NCBI GenBank assembly: GCA_965198175.1
Contig: OZ240245.1
Location: 3,296,001-3,360,000 of the forward strand
DNA from: Candidatus Poribacteria bacterium
GTDB lineage: Bacteria; Poribacteria; WGA-4E; PCPOR2b
Reading direction: 5' to 3'
DNA: 64,000 bases
How positions within the stretch are numbered: position 1 is the stretch's first letter; each line of letters opens with the position of its first letter. The notes beneath the pieces were generated by a model. The model was not told where the DNA came from and searched no databases. It was given only the letters and a program-made list of their open reading frames with translations. Shown piece after piece: positions 10,935 to 20,462 of this stretch. The position numbers and the translations under genes were made by a program.

Positions 10935-11738
10935 CTAATCTCGGCGTGACTTGACATAGCCCCAGCTAGTAGGCAGTTTGCCGCCAGGTTGCACGCTCAA
11001 GGGGATGCCGCTCATGAATTCATTAATCTCGTCCTCCGATAGCGCAGACTTAAAAAGAGCGACTTCATCAATCAATCCGCCGTACGGCTCACCGATGGCA
11101 ATGTGGGACCGCTCTCCGATCATAAAGAGCGGGTCACCGACGAACTGTATCTCTCCCTTGCGGTCCTTGTGATTCGCAACTTCTTCACCATTCACGTAGG
11201 AGATTGCCTCGTCGCCGGTAAAGACGAATGCGAGATGAGCCCACTCCTTCGATGCAACCTGTCCAGAGTCGTATTCGCGGTCCTTCGCCACGCCCCCTTC
11301 GACTAAGTTAAGCCAGGTCGCCATCGCGCCGCCTCGAACGCCGATTTGATGCCCGACCCAAGGATCGTCCCACTGTGCCTGATCGTCATGCGGAACGCCA
11401 GCCACATACTGCGTCGGTTGCGAATCGTCCGGGTTTGCCCAAGCCATCAAGGTCAAATTCTGCGAGATTCTGAGATCCGCCGAATTTGCGATTTGGACTG
11501 CATTTCCATCTTTTTTCAAGAACTTCACTGCACCTTTAGGACCGTCAATCGGGGCGCCATCATTCTTAACAAGTGTAGCCACGCCCTTCATCTGTCCGTC
11601 ATGTCCATTTCCGGTTGCATCTTTTGGATCGCCGTCAAATTTCCAATATGCCACGAGATCGTCAACCTGCGAAATTCCGATAACTGGCATCGCCACCAAC
11701 AGGCTTAAGGTGGCTAAAGTAACCAAAATAAATCTCAT
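10935..11738 (-). CDS. Secreted LamG-like protein
   Basis: Signal peptide; LVAYWKFDG, LTLMAWA, WAHLAFVF, GLIDEVALF; tail SVQPGGKLPTSWGYVK. Confidence 0.85.
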   Translation of the reverse strand: MRFILVTLATLSLLVAMPVIGISQVDDLVAYWKFDGDPKDATGNGHDGQMKGVATLVKNDGAPIDGPKGAVKFLKKDGNAVQIANSADLRISQNLTLMAWANPDDSQPTQYVAGVPHDDQAQWDDPWVGHQIGVRGGAMATWLNLVEGGVAKDREYDSGQVASKEWAHLAFVFTGDEAISYVNGEEVANHKDRKGEIQFVGDPLFMIGERSHIAIGEPYGGLIDEVALFKSALSEDEINEFMSGIPLSVQPGGKLPTSWGYVKSRRD

Positions 11739-11784
11739 TGTTTCTGATTCCTCCTACCTAGGTTTGAATAGTTATGTTACGTAC

Positions 11785-11822
11785 TCAACCTTCGGAGGGC
11801 TTTTAACCCCTCGAAGGTTGAT
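11785..11822. other. Intergenic hairpin between two LamG genes
   Basis: TCAACCTTCG...CGAAGGTTGA inverted repeat. Confidence 0.45.
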
Positions 11823-11867
11823 TGGATTCATTTTGAGTTCGTCTGACTAAAAGGCAACACAGTAGAG

Positions 11868-12647
11868 TTAACGGTCACGCTTCAGGTTACCCCAAGTGGT
11901 TGCTAATTTACTAGCCGGTTCCACGGCGCCCCCAGGCTCGATTCCACTCATGTCTGCCTGGATTTGTTCTGGGCTTCTAACACCGTTCCATAGCGCGACT
12001 TCGTCAATGGCACCCTTGAAGTATTCACCCGCTGCTTCTTTCGAACGAATTCCGACCACGAAGCTCGGCGCGCCCTCATATGTAGTCTCTCCGTCGCGGT
12101 CTCCATTGTTGGCAACCTCCTCGCCATTCACGTAAGAAATTGACGTATCTCCATCAAACGTAAAGGCTATATGTGTCCACGCACCCGATTCAATCGCACC
12201 GGAGTCGTACTCACGATCTTCGCCTGCGATACTCACCCATGTCGCCATTTTACCACCGCGAACCCCAATCTGTTGACCGACCCACGGATTATCCCAATCA
12301 GCGCCATCATCATACGGCGTTCCACAAGCGAATTGCGTAGGTCCTGCATCGTCGGAGTTGACCCATGCTTCCAGAGTGACGTTTTTTGCAATTTGAAACA
12401 TATCAGAATTCCCAGCGTCAATGAAGTCGTCTTCTCCATCGAGCTGAACCGCTCCGCCCATGGGGCTAGTTGTCCTAGCGACACCGTTCATGAGAGTTCC
12501 GTTATTTCCGTTGCCGCTGCCATCCATAGCAGTGTCACCGGAGCCCTCTTCAAAGTTGTAGTACAGAACGAAGTCTTGGGCGCTTCCAATTGCGGAAATA
12601 CCCGCTAACAAGACTACAAATGCAATGGTTAAACTCAAACTTCTCAT
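11868..12647 (-). CDS. Secreted LamG-like protein
   Basis: Signal peptide; LYYNFEEG, VTLEAWV, WTHIAFTFDG, GAIDEVALW; tail AVEPASKLATTWGNLK. Confidence 0.85.
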   Translation of the reverse strand: MRSLSLTIAFVVLLAGISAIGSAQDFVLYYNFEEGSGDTAMDGSGNGNNGTLMNGVARTTSPMGGAVQLDGEDDFIDAGNSDMFQIAKNVTLEAWVNSDDAGPTQFACGTPYDDGADWDNPWVGQQIGVRGGKMATWVSIAGEDREYDSGAIESGAWTHIAFTFDGDTSISYVNGEEVANNGDRDGETTYEGAPSFVVGIRSKEAAGEYFKGAIDEVALWNGVRSPEQIQADMSGIEPGGAVEPASKLATTWGNLKRDR

Positions 12648-12849
12648 TAAATTCCTCCTTTAGGATTATTTTTCAGCGTATGTTCAGAATCTAAGAATCA
12701 ACCTTATGATTCTTCCTATTATACTAATATTTCACAAAAAATCCAAGAAAAATAAAATTCTTTGAAAAGATTCCATAATTACCGACGCCAGTATAAATTT
12801 GAAGCCTTGTGAGAGAAGATTTCGGACGAAAGCCTGTTACAGATTTTCG

Positions 12850-12878
12850 TTGCAAGGTTTTCTCAGGTATGCTATAAT
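12850..12878 (+). promoter_or_regulatory. Sigma70-type promoter for the ppa-like/mtnA/E2 run
   Basis: TTGCAA-17 bp-TATAAT with extended -10 (TGc). Confidence 0.65.
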
Positions 12879-13099
12879 GTGACAAATTGAATCTGATGAA
12901 TAATTGAGATTCCGACTCTCTTTATCATAACGGGAGGTTTTGCGTAAAGCAATTCTTGTAGGAGTAGTAATGTGCCGGAACCGGTATATATCTTCATTAT
13001 AGCCGCTTGAGTTCACCTTATAGCGGCTTTTGTCTTGAGTTTTCGGTTTTCATTTGCCGAGGATACCAACTAACTGTTAGCTACAATAAAGGGAAAAAG

Positions 13100-13735
13100 A
13101 TGAACCTGCAGGAAATCTCCCTTGGACGTCATGCACCTTCCATTGTCAATGTGGTCATTGAAGCATCGAAGGACAGTCAGGAAAAATATCACTTCCACGC
13201 CAAGAGCGGCAGATTTAAACTGGCGTATAAGTTCAGCGTGCCGGTTCCAACAGAATACGGTTGGATACCAGAAACGATTGCTGAAGATGGGCACTTCCTC
13301 AATGCAATGGTGATTGGTCGTGAGCCGACTCACCCAGGTTATATCTGTGAGGCGCGTCCAATCGGTATGCTGAAGCGGAAAGACAACGATCATCACATAA
13401 TTTGCGTTCTGCTGGGCGACGAGGAGTACGCTTCCGTTCAGGATATTGCCGACCTGAACATAATTTGGATTAGGAAGATTGTTGCTTTTTTTGAACCCTA
13501 CTTTGAGTTGTCCGGCTGGCTCACCAGAATTGAAGCAATAGAGGCGATAAAAACCGCTCACGGGAAATATCGCACGAGACGCAGGCGACCACACACAACA
13601 AGAGGTCGTAGAAATACATCAGTCCCTGGTAGTTCAAGCAAGACCAGCACAGAATCCGCCGGCTATGGGGATAACCCCGAGCGAGATGATGCACCTAATC
13701 TAGCGGAGGAAGAGGATGCCCACCCCAACAATTGA
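13100..13735 (+). CDS. Family I inorganic pyrophosphatase-like protein with degenerate active site and disordered C-tail
   Basis: VNVVIE, EYGWIPETIAEDG, ARPIGML follow the PPase fold; the DGDPxD motif reads DGHFLN. Confidence 0.75.
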   Translation: MNLQEISLGRHAPSIVNVVIEASKDSQEKYHFHAKSGRFKLAYKFSVPVPTEYGWIPETIAEDGHFLNAMVIGREPTHPGYICEARPIGMLKRKDNDHHIICVLLGDEEYASVQDIADLNIIWIRKIVAFFEPYFELSGWLTRIEAIEAIKTAHGKYRTRRRRPHTTRGRRNTSVPGSSSKTSTESAGYGDNPERDDAPNLAEEEDAHPNN

Positions 13736-14783
13736 GTGGGTTGACGGCAGCGTGCGTTTGATCGATCAAACACTGCTGCCAAATGAACTCAAGCAGATCT
13801 ATTGTAATGATGTAGAATGCGTTTGGGAGGCGATTAAGTCGCTCAGAGTTCGTGGCGCGCCTGCGATTGGGATTGCGGGCGCGCTAGGGACTGTTCTTGG
13901 CATCTGGAACTCAAAAGCAACAAGATACGCTGATTTTGTAGTTGAACTTCATGGGGTGACAGACTATCTTGCAACCTCACGTCCGACGGCTGTGAACCTC
14001 TTTTGGGCGCTCGATCGTATGAGGATAACGGCACAGCGGCACAAGGATCTTAAGATTGTCGCACTCAAGCGAGCGCTGCTCGATGAAGCACTGCAAATTA
14101 TCGAAGAGGATCGCGCAATGTGTCGCGCTATCGGCGAACACGGTTTGCGTCTCATCCAAGACAATGACACCATCTTGACGCATTGCAATGCCGGGGGATT
14201 AGCGACCGCCGATTATGGGACAGCTCTTGCGGTGATGTTTAAGGCTCACGAATCTGGAAAGAATATCCGAGTCTACGCCGATGAAACGCGGCCGTTGCTT
14301 CAGGGCTCCCGCTTGACGACCTGGGAGCTTATGCAGGCGGGCATAGATGTGACGCTAATCTGTGATAACATGGCGGCACAAGTGATGAAAGAGGGAAAAA
14401 TCCAGTGCGTCATTGTCGGAGCAGATCGAATCGCAGCAAATGGAGACGCAGCAAATAAAATTGGAACCTATGGGGTAGCAGTCCTAGCAGAAGCTCATAG
14501 AATCCCTTTCTATGTTGCTGCTCCGACTTCAACGCTAGATTTCTCCCTTGACACCGGAGCACAAATCCCCATTGAGCAGCGTCGCGCTGAAGAAATTACA
14601 GAGGGGTTCGGGAAAAAAACCGCCCCGGAAGGGGTTAAAGTCTACAGTCCTGCCTTCGATGTAACGCCTGCCCACCTAGTTACTGCTATTATCACGGACA
14701 AGGGAATTGCCCGACCGCCCTATGAATTGAGCCTGAAAGCGCTCTCGGCGCATCACGAAAATCCTAACCACTCTTCAGAATAG
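13716..14783 (+). CDS. mtnA: S-methyl-5-thioribose-1-phosphate isomerase
   Basis: VRGAPAIG, SRPTAVNL, LTHCNAGGLAT, DETRPLLQG, GADRIAANGDAANKIGTY. Confidence 0.95.
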   Translation: MPTPTIEWVDGSVRLIDQTLLPNELKQIYCNDVECVWEAIKSLRVRGAPAIGIAGALGTVLGIWNSKATRYADFVVELHGVTDYLATSRPTAVNLFWALDRMRITAQRHKDLKIVALKRALLDEALQIIEEDRAMCRAIGEHGLRLIQDNDTILTHCNAGGLATADYGTALAVMFKAHESGKNIRVYADETRPLLQGSRLTTWELMQAGIDVTLICDNMAAQVMKEGKIQCVIVGADRIAANGDAANKIGTYGVAVLAEAHRIPFYVAAPTSTLDFSLDTGAQIPIEQRRAEEITEGFGKKTAPEGVKVYSPAFDVTPAHLVTAIITDKGIARPPYELSLKALSAHHENPNHSSE

Positions 14784-14863
14784 CTAATACTCATCAAATT
14801 CGTGGTGGCGAAATCTGCTACGCTTATAATGCCGCTAGCCAGAACAGTATTTGAGGGAAGAAA

Positions 14864-16222
14864 ATGGCAACCCCAGTTTTGATGCCCAAGTTAGGGCAAT
14901 CTGTAGAAAGTTGCATTATCGTCAGTTGGAAAAAAGAAAAAGGAGATTCTGTAGTTGAAGGTGACCTACTCTGCGAAATTGAAACCGATAAAGCAACGCT
15001 GGAAGTGGAAAGCCCCGCATCCGGCACACTATTGTACCTGTTTTGTAGGGAGGGCGATGAAGTCCAGGTTCAAGCCAACATCGCTGTCATTGGAAAACCC
15101 GGAGAAGAGTTTAACAGCTTTCGCCCTGATTCGGTGATAAGAACCCCTGGCGTCGAGGATTCAGCCGATGCGCTCCGTGACGCTGTTGAGACAGCTTCAC
15201 CTGAGACAAAGACAGTCGCTGATCCCCCAATTATCAGCGCTACGCCCTCCGCGGCAAATTTAGCTTCCACAAGCATATCTCCCCGAGCTGGACATCTAGC
15301 GGCAAAGCACGGACTCGATACTGCAACGATTCGGGGTACAGGTCCCGGTGGTCGGATTGTCGAAAGGGACGTACAAGCTGCCCTCGCAACCAGACAGCCG
15401 ATGACGCCTCTTGTGAAGTCTATGATCGCGCAGGACCAATTGACCGCGCCAACTCATGGTTCTGGTATCGGTGGTCGCGTGACCGCGGGCGATCTCAGTG
15501 CTAAGGAGGTTGAGCCTTCTACAGAGAGCGAAATACGGACGATCCCACTCAATGGGGTACGGAAGGTCGTCGCCGAGCGCATGTTGAGTTCCATACAGTC
15601 GACAGCTCAACTCACACTCAATGCTTCGGCTGATGCAAGTGCACTGTTAGCCTACCGACAGAATCTGAAGAATAGCGCAGAGTCGCTTGAATTGCGAGAG
15701 ATTACTGTCAACGATTTAATCCTCTTCGCCGTGTCGAGAACGTTGACTGAATACCCTGACTTGAACGCGCTGTTTACAGAAGACACGATTTGCCAATATC
15801 GGGATATACACCTAGGGTTTGCTGTGGATACCCCTCGTGGCTTAATCGTGCCGGTCATCCGCAACGCGAACGCTTTAAGCGTGAAAGGCATTTGTCAGGA
15901 AACCAAACGACTCTCCTCCACTTGCTTAGAAGGGAAGGTATCGCCCGACGAGTTAACTGGCGGCACATTTACGGTGACGAACCTTGGCAGCTTAGGGATT
16001 GAGAGCTTCACACCCATACTCAATCCGCCTCAAGCAGGTATTCTTGGGGTAGGCAGCGTAAATCTGAAGCCGGTGGAAATCGAAGGCGACGTGCAGTTTA
16101 TTCCGCACATTGGATTATCATTGACCATCAACCATCAAGTGGTTGATGGAGCACCTGCCGCTCGGTTCCTAAACACCCTTTCACAGCGATTGGCCGAAAT
16201 CAACCTGTTGTTGGCTCTGTAA
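14864..16222 (+). CDS. Dihydrolipoamide acyltransferase (E2) of a 2-oxoacid/acetoin dehydrogenase complex
   Basis: Lipoyl domain EIETDKA, GTGPGGRI binding domain, TFTVTNLG, NHQVVDGA catalytic motif. Confidence 0.92.
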   Translation: MATPVLMPKLGQSVESCIIVSWKKEKGDSVVEGDLLCEIETDKATLEVESPASGTLLYLFCREGDEVQVQANIAVIGKPGEEFNSFRPDSVIRTPGVEDSADALRDAVETASPETKTVADPPIISATPSAANLASTSISPRAGHLAAKHGLDTATIRGTGPGGRIVERDVQAALATRQPMTPLVKSMIAQDQLTAPTHGSGIGGRVTAGDLSAKEVEPSTESEIRTIPLNGVRKVVAERMLSSIQSTAQLTLNASADASALLAYRQNLKNSAESLELREITVNDLILFAVSRTLTEYPDLNALFTEDTICQYRDIHLGFAVDTPRGLIVPVIRNANALSVKGICQETKRLSSTCLEGKVSPDELTGGTFTVTNLGSLGIESFTPILNPPQAGILGVGSVNLKPVEIEGDVQFIPHIGLSLTINHQVVDGAPAARFLNTLSQRLAEINLLLAL

Positions 16223-16586
16223 CCGCGGTAGTTCAACGCACGAACTAAGACCTGAGGGCTAAGAAGGCCATGCCTATTGGGTTAATTCCGTGGTATTCTC
16301 ACCCAAAATGGTACCACACTCACAAGCAGAAGTTCGGCCGGGACGATTCTACTTTGGGAACTCAGGTAGAAACCGTGTTATTGCCAAACACTCCGAATCC
16401 GTTTCACCCGAGCGCGTGGAGCTCTCATCCGTTGGCAGAGCCGGTTAGCCACGGAGGATCTACCGCCACTGAGAAATCATCAGTCAGCAAATCATATCAA
16501 ATGTCAAGGCAATGTTAGGGCAAAACCACAGTTGTGCTTTTGCAGGTTACCCTTTACTAATGGAGATCGCACAATTGGAGAATACA

Positions 16587-17378
16587 ATGACGAAAATCAG
16601 GCTAATCATTCTAATTTTAATCGCTCTAATGACCACCGGATGCGCCACGCCTTATGCTCGACAGTGGAAATCGCAACTCTGGCAAGTGACGACCGAAACC
16701 GCTACCGAAACACCTGAATTCGGTCAGTTGGAGGCGGAAGACTTAACTTTTGGAGCAATCTGCACAGAATTTCGACAAGTCGGTAATCCGAATAACCGAA
16801 TCATCGGCATTGGTGTCTCATGCCGTAATAAGGCTAGGGAGTCAATCTCCTTACAATTGAATCCCATTCAGGTCGTTGATGCGTCAAAAGTGCTGATAAA
16901 TCCTCTCTCTCTGAATCATGTTATGTATAAGTTCTACGGAGGCGGGTTGCGTGAAGATGCCCAGATTGAGCGGCTCGCTGAAACTAGTAAGCCGTTAGTC
17001 GCATTTGGGAGTTCGTTCATGGAAAATGTCCTTGTCGGGGTGATAAATGTGTATCGCGCATACGAACAAGGGGCGATAGTTACAGAATTCCACCGCCAGG
17101 AAGCCTTGCCCTACAATCTGTATTATAAGAGATTTACACCAACTTCACTACCGGCAGACGTTTCAACAGTATGGGTAACATATTACCCCATCGCAACCGA
17201 CACAATTACGGTTATGTTGCAAGGAGGAAATATCGAAGATGGTGTCATCTTCGAAAAACTGACACCATCGTTACTGTCTTCACCTACGCCAAATCGACCA
17301 ATTTCAGATGCACAACGCTTACTTATGTTTGCAACGGGCGGAGTTGTCATTTTTATTTTTATTGTAAATGTCATTTGA
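16587..17378 (+). CDS. Hypothetical lipoprotein with C-terminal hydrophobic anchor
   Basis: MTKIRLIILILIALMTTGC lipobox-like signal with GGAG RBS; hydrophobic C-terminus. Confidence 0.6.
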   Translation: MTKIRLIILILIALMTTGCATPYARQWKSQLWQVTTETATETPEFGQLEAEDLTFGAICTEFRQVGNPNNRIIGIGVSCRNKARESISLQLNPIQVVDASKVLINPLSLNHVMYKFYGGGLREDAQIERLAETSKPLVAFGSSFMENVLVGVINVYRAYEQGAIVTEFHRQEALPYNLYYKRFTPTSLPADVSTVWVTYYPIATDTITVMLQGGNIEDGVIFEKLTPSLLSSPTPNRPISDAQRLLMFATGGVVIFIFIVNVI

Positions 17379-17447
17379 ACAAAAATGATGTAGGAGCGAC
17401 GATTGTTTCCCAGTGTTATTAAGCTGTTCTACCCCTCGTCAAAGGGT

Positions 17448-18413
17448 TTATTCAATCCGATACTTCCCCAGCCCGAACGTCGCGTTTTTGCCGACGTGCA
17501 GGAATTCGCCTAGCACCACAAACGGCATGAACATCGCTAAATCGCCCGTATACGTCACATTCCCAACCAGCCCGCCGAGCTGCATCTTTTGATCCTGTCG
17601 CGAAGAGTATCGCGTCCAATCTTTCCACTCCAGTGCGGTTTCAGTCGTCTCAACAGTCTTCGCCTCTTCGATGAGTCCCTTAAAGTCGAGCTCCAACGAC
17701 TCGCTGCAATGGAAATATGCCAGCGCCGAGATGCGTCCAATCAAGCGTCGCCAGAAGATATGGAATGGGAGATTATTCGTTAACTCTCCTTCGTGGGTAA
17801 TCCGGGTTGGGGTGAGTAGATGCAGCGTCAAAGATTTCAACGAGTTCAAGCGCGTAGCTAGCAAAGATACTGCCTCTCGCTGAATCTCGTCGAAACTGAG
17901 AGCGTTGTCGAAATTGTGCACCATCTGCGTATCGCTGTCGTAGACCGATTCCCTACTATCAGTCAGGACTTGAGTCACCTGGAAGCGCCCGCGCTTCTTG
18001 CCGATACCAATCTCGCCCAAGTCGCGGAAGCTGACTAGAAAATAGGGGAGATAGTCAATAGCACGACCGATGAGAGTGAGTTGAAACGCAAACGATTCGC
18101 CCCGACGGTATTCGCCTTGCGTTCCCAACGGATCAATGACAAATGGTCTCGGAACATCGTCGTATGTCCGCAACTGCTGGGCACCCTCGAACGGGGCGGT
18201 CTCGAAGATGTACGGATAGGGACAGACCGCTTTGAGGGTGCATTCTCGGCAGTCGATGGGCCCTTGACTGCAAACCATCTTTCGGAATGCTTGTCCGAAT
18301 CCGCCGCGGAGGGTTGAGCCGGCGTAAGGCGGCATCAAGATTGTTGATCGTGCCGTTAGAATTACATGGTAGCGTGCGAGTCGGAAGTTTTGGAGTAGGC
18401 TCATCGGTTTCAT
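17448..18413 (-). CDS. cas6: CRISPR-associated RAMP endoribonuclease Cas6 (stand-alone)
   Basis: N-terminal GSTLRGGFG, CxxCxxxxxCPY Cys cluster, PRPFV, WKDWTRYSSRQ, C-terminal Gly loop HVGKNATFGLG; exact start uncertain (18404-18443). Confidence 0.88.
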   Translation of the reverse strand: MKPMSLLQNFRLARYHVILTARSTILMPPYAGSTLRGGFGQAFRKMVCSQGPIDCRECTLKAVCPYPYIFETAPFEGAQQLRTYDDVPRPFVIDPLGTQGEYRRGESFAFQLTLIGRAIDYLPYFLVSFRDLGEIGIGKKRGRFQVTQVLTDSRESVYDSDTQMVHNFDNALSFDEIQREAVSLLATRLNSLKSLTLHLLTPTRITHEGELTNNLPFHIFWRRLIGRISALAYFHCSESLELDFKGLIEEAKTVETTETALEWKDWTRYSSRQDQKMQLGGLVGNVTYTGDLAMFMPFVVLGEFLHVGKNATFGLGKYRIE

Positions 18414-18881
18414 CCTTGTATCATCTTGTGTCATAATTGTCAACCAAAAAATGCACAGATCGATTGCGACAAAACATGTGAGTCGTCTCAGACTTTTGTA
18501 AATTTATTCAGGAGTTCTCGTTTTTTTCGCTCACTCTTTTCTTCTAGAGAGGTGTGTTGGCGCATTGGTAACTGAAATAAACTGCAGTAACAGCCATCTT
18601 ACAAGCAAGTTATGGATTTTGTCAGGTAGGGAATTAGTAATCTCAGTATTGCGGAACCGAGAGTTTGCGTGATTGCGTAATATGGCTTGTATTTTTCAAA
18701 CAGGCTCAAAAGGAGGCTGCTAGGTGGAGAGGTTAGCTATCGAATGTGACGGACAGCAACTGATTGGTTCATGATAATCGACCAGTGGATGAGATGTAGA
18801 AACAGAATAACGAAATGAATGGACCTGATTTCAGGATCCATGCACAAGAAAAAACAGACCCGATTGCTTCAGCGTTTTATG

Positions 18882-18910
18882 TTGACTGGGGAGTAAAAAA
18901 TGGGTAAAAT
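18882..18910 (+). promoter_or_regulatory. Sigma70-type promoter
   Basis: TTGACT-17 bp-TAAAAT upstream of the FAD oxidase operon. Confidence 0.55.
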
Positions 18911-19056
18911 AGGCACTGTATGTGTTTAGACTAGCAGTGAAAACTGCTTGGTTTTACCCCACGCCAAAATTCGTGTCCTCCATCTCCTTCGGTCCTCACA
19001 GACCCACGCTTATCCGTTTCAATGAATAGTGAAAATTTCAGAAAGCTGGCACCTAT

Positions 19057-20448
19057 ATGGCAAATCAGACCAAGTTCGATGATTTGAAGACTGTGATTGC
19101 ACCGGAATGCTTGTCTCAAGATCCGGACGATTTAGCACTTCATAGTTATGACTGGTGGCCAGTAGCCATCAAGTGGCGTCAACAGGACAAGATGCCCATG
19201 CGGCCCGAGCTTGTCGTGCGTCCTCGCAATCAAGACGAGGTTTCAAGACTTCTCGCCTGGGCGAATCACCAGGGTGTTGCGGTTACGCCTTGGGGAGCAG
19301 GCTCCGCCGTGACTGGCGCAGGTCTTCCTACGCGGGGAGGCATCTCGTTAGATCTTTCAACTATGAATCGGACACTCCACATTGATTCGATTAATCATCT
19401 TGCCCGCGTTGAAGCCGGCAAGATCGGAATTCAGTTGGAACAAGAGTTGAACAATAAGGGCTTCACCCTGAACCATTCACCACAATCCCTGAATCAATCG
19501 ACTGTGGGCGGTTGGCTGTCAACGCGTTCCAGTGGGCAATTTTCGAGCCGTTGGGGCAATATTGAAGATTTGTGCATTTCCTTTACCGTTGTACTGCCGA
19601 ACGGCGAAGTTCTGACAATGCCTCAAGCACCTCGTGCTGCTGTTGGACCAGACATTCGCCATTTTTTCATTGGTGCCGAAGGCACTTCAGGTGTAATCAC
19701 CGAAGTCAGCCTCAAGATTTTTCCGCTTTCGGAAACACGCCTCTATGAGAGCATTCGTTTTTCCGAACTTCATCAAGGCATCAATGCTGTGCGCCGGTTC
19801 ATGCAGTCCGGCTTACGCCCGTTTCTCGTGCGTTTGTATGACGCCGACGAATCAAAGCATGTCATGGTTGACGAGCGTTTTGCGGATTCCGTTTTGTTTG
19901 TCGGCTGTGAGGGCATCCGCAAAGTGGCGATGGCGGAAATGGATGCCGTTGTTGACATCTGTCTGCAGAGCGGCGGGGAAGCGATTGGACCAAATCCAGC
20001 CGAATCTTGGATGCAGCGACGTTTTGATTTCTCGACTTTCGAGCGCGTGCTGGATTCGCCCGGCGGAATTGCGGAGACTGTGGAGGTGTCGCACTTCTGG
20101 AGCGAAGTGGAGCGAACTTATGATGATATGAAGACAGCGTTGCAGCCCCTTGTCGATCAGGTGCTGTGCCATTTTTCCCATACCTATCCTCAGGGTACTT
20201 CGCTGTACCTGATTCTTCTTGGACAGGCTGTGGACGACCGAGAGGCGGAACAGACTATTCTCCAGATTTGGGACGTAGCCATGGAGGCTGCTCTGCGCAA
20301 CGGCGCCGCCATCTCACACCATCACGGAATCGGATATGTGCGACGCAGATATATCGCACCCTATTTGGGTACTGCATACGGACTAATCCAACGATTGAAG
20401 GAGACCGTGGACCCGAACGGAATTATGAATCCCGGCAAACTGATTTGA
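19057..20448 (+). CDS. FAD-binding oxidoreductase (alkyl-DHAP synthase/GlcD-like)
   Basis: PWGAGSAVTG, HSPQS, STVGGW, GAEGTSGVITE, SHHHGIG, DPNGIMNPGKL. Confidence 0.88.
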   Translation: MANQTKFDDLKTVIAPECLSQDPDDLALHSYDWWPVAIKWRQQDKMPMRPELVVRPRNQDEVSRLLAWANHQGVAVTPWGAGSAVTGAGLPTRGGISLDLSTMNRTLHIDSINHLARVEAGKIGIQLEQELNNKGFTLNHSPQSLNQSTVGGWLSTRSSGQFSSRWGNIEDLCISFTVVLPNGEVLTMPQAPRAAVGPDIRHFFIGAEGTSGVITEVSLKIFPLSETRLYESIRFSELHQGINAVRRFMQSGLRPFLVRLYDADESKHVMVDERFADSVLFVGCEGIRKVAMAEMDAVVDICLQSGGEAIGPNPAESWMQRRFDFSTFERVLDSPGGIAETVEVSHFWSEVERTYDDMKTALQPLVDQVLCHFSHTYPQGTSLYLILLGQAVDDREAEQTILQIWDVAMEAALRNGAAISHHHGIGYVRRRYIAPYLGTAYGLIQRLKETVDPNGIMNPGKLI

Positions 20449-20462
20449 AAGGAGAGGATTCA

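Noticed and set aside
16223..16586. tRNA-like or ncRNA-like fragment (GGCAGAGCCGGTTAGC) and an 82-aa ORF
   Set aside because: No cloverleaf, T-loop or acceptor stem; the ORF has no recognisable features
18724..18774. Short reading VERLAIECDG resembling a Vsr/DUF559-like nuclease motif
   Set aside because: Only about 16 codons, so it cannot be told from chance without a translated search
18444..19056. CRISPR leader or array upstream of cas6
   Set aside because: No recurring 25-40-bp repeat could be found by eye
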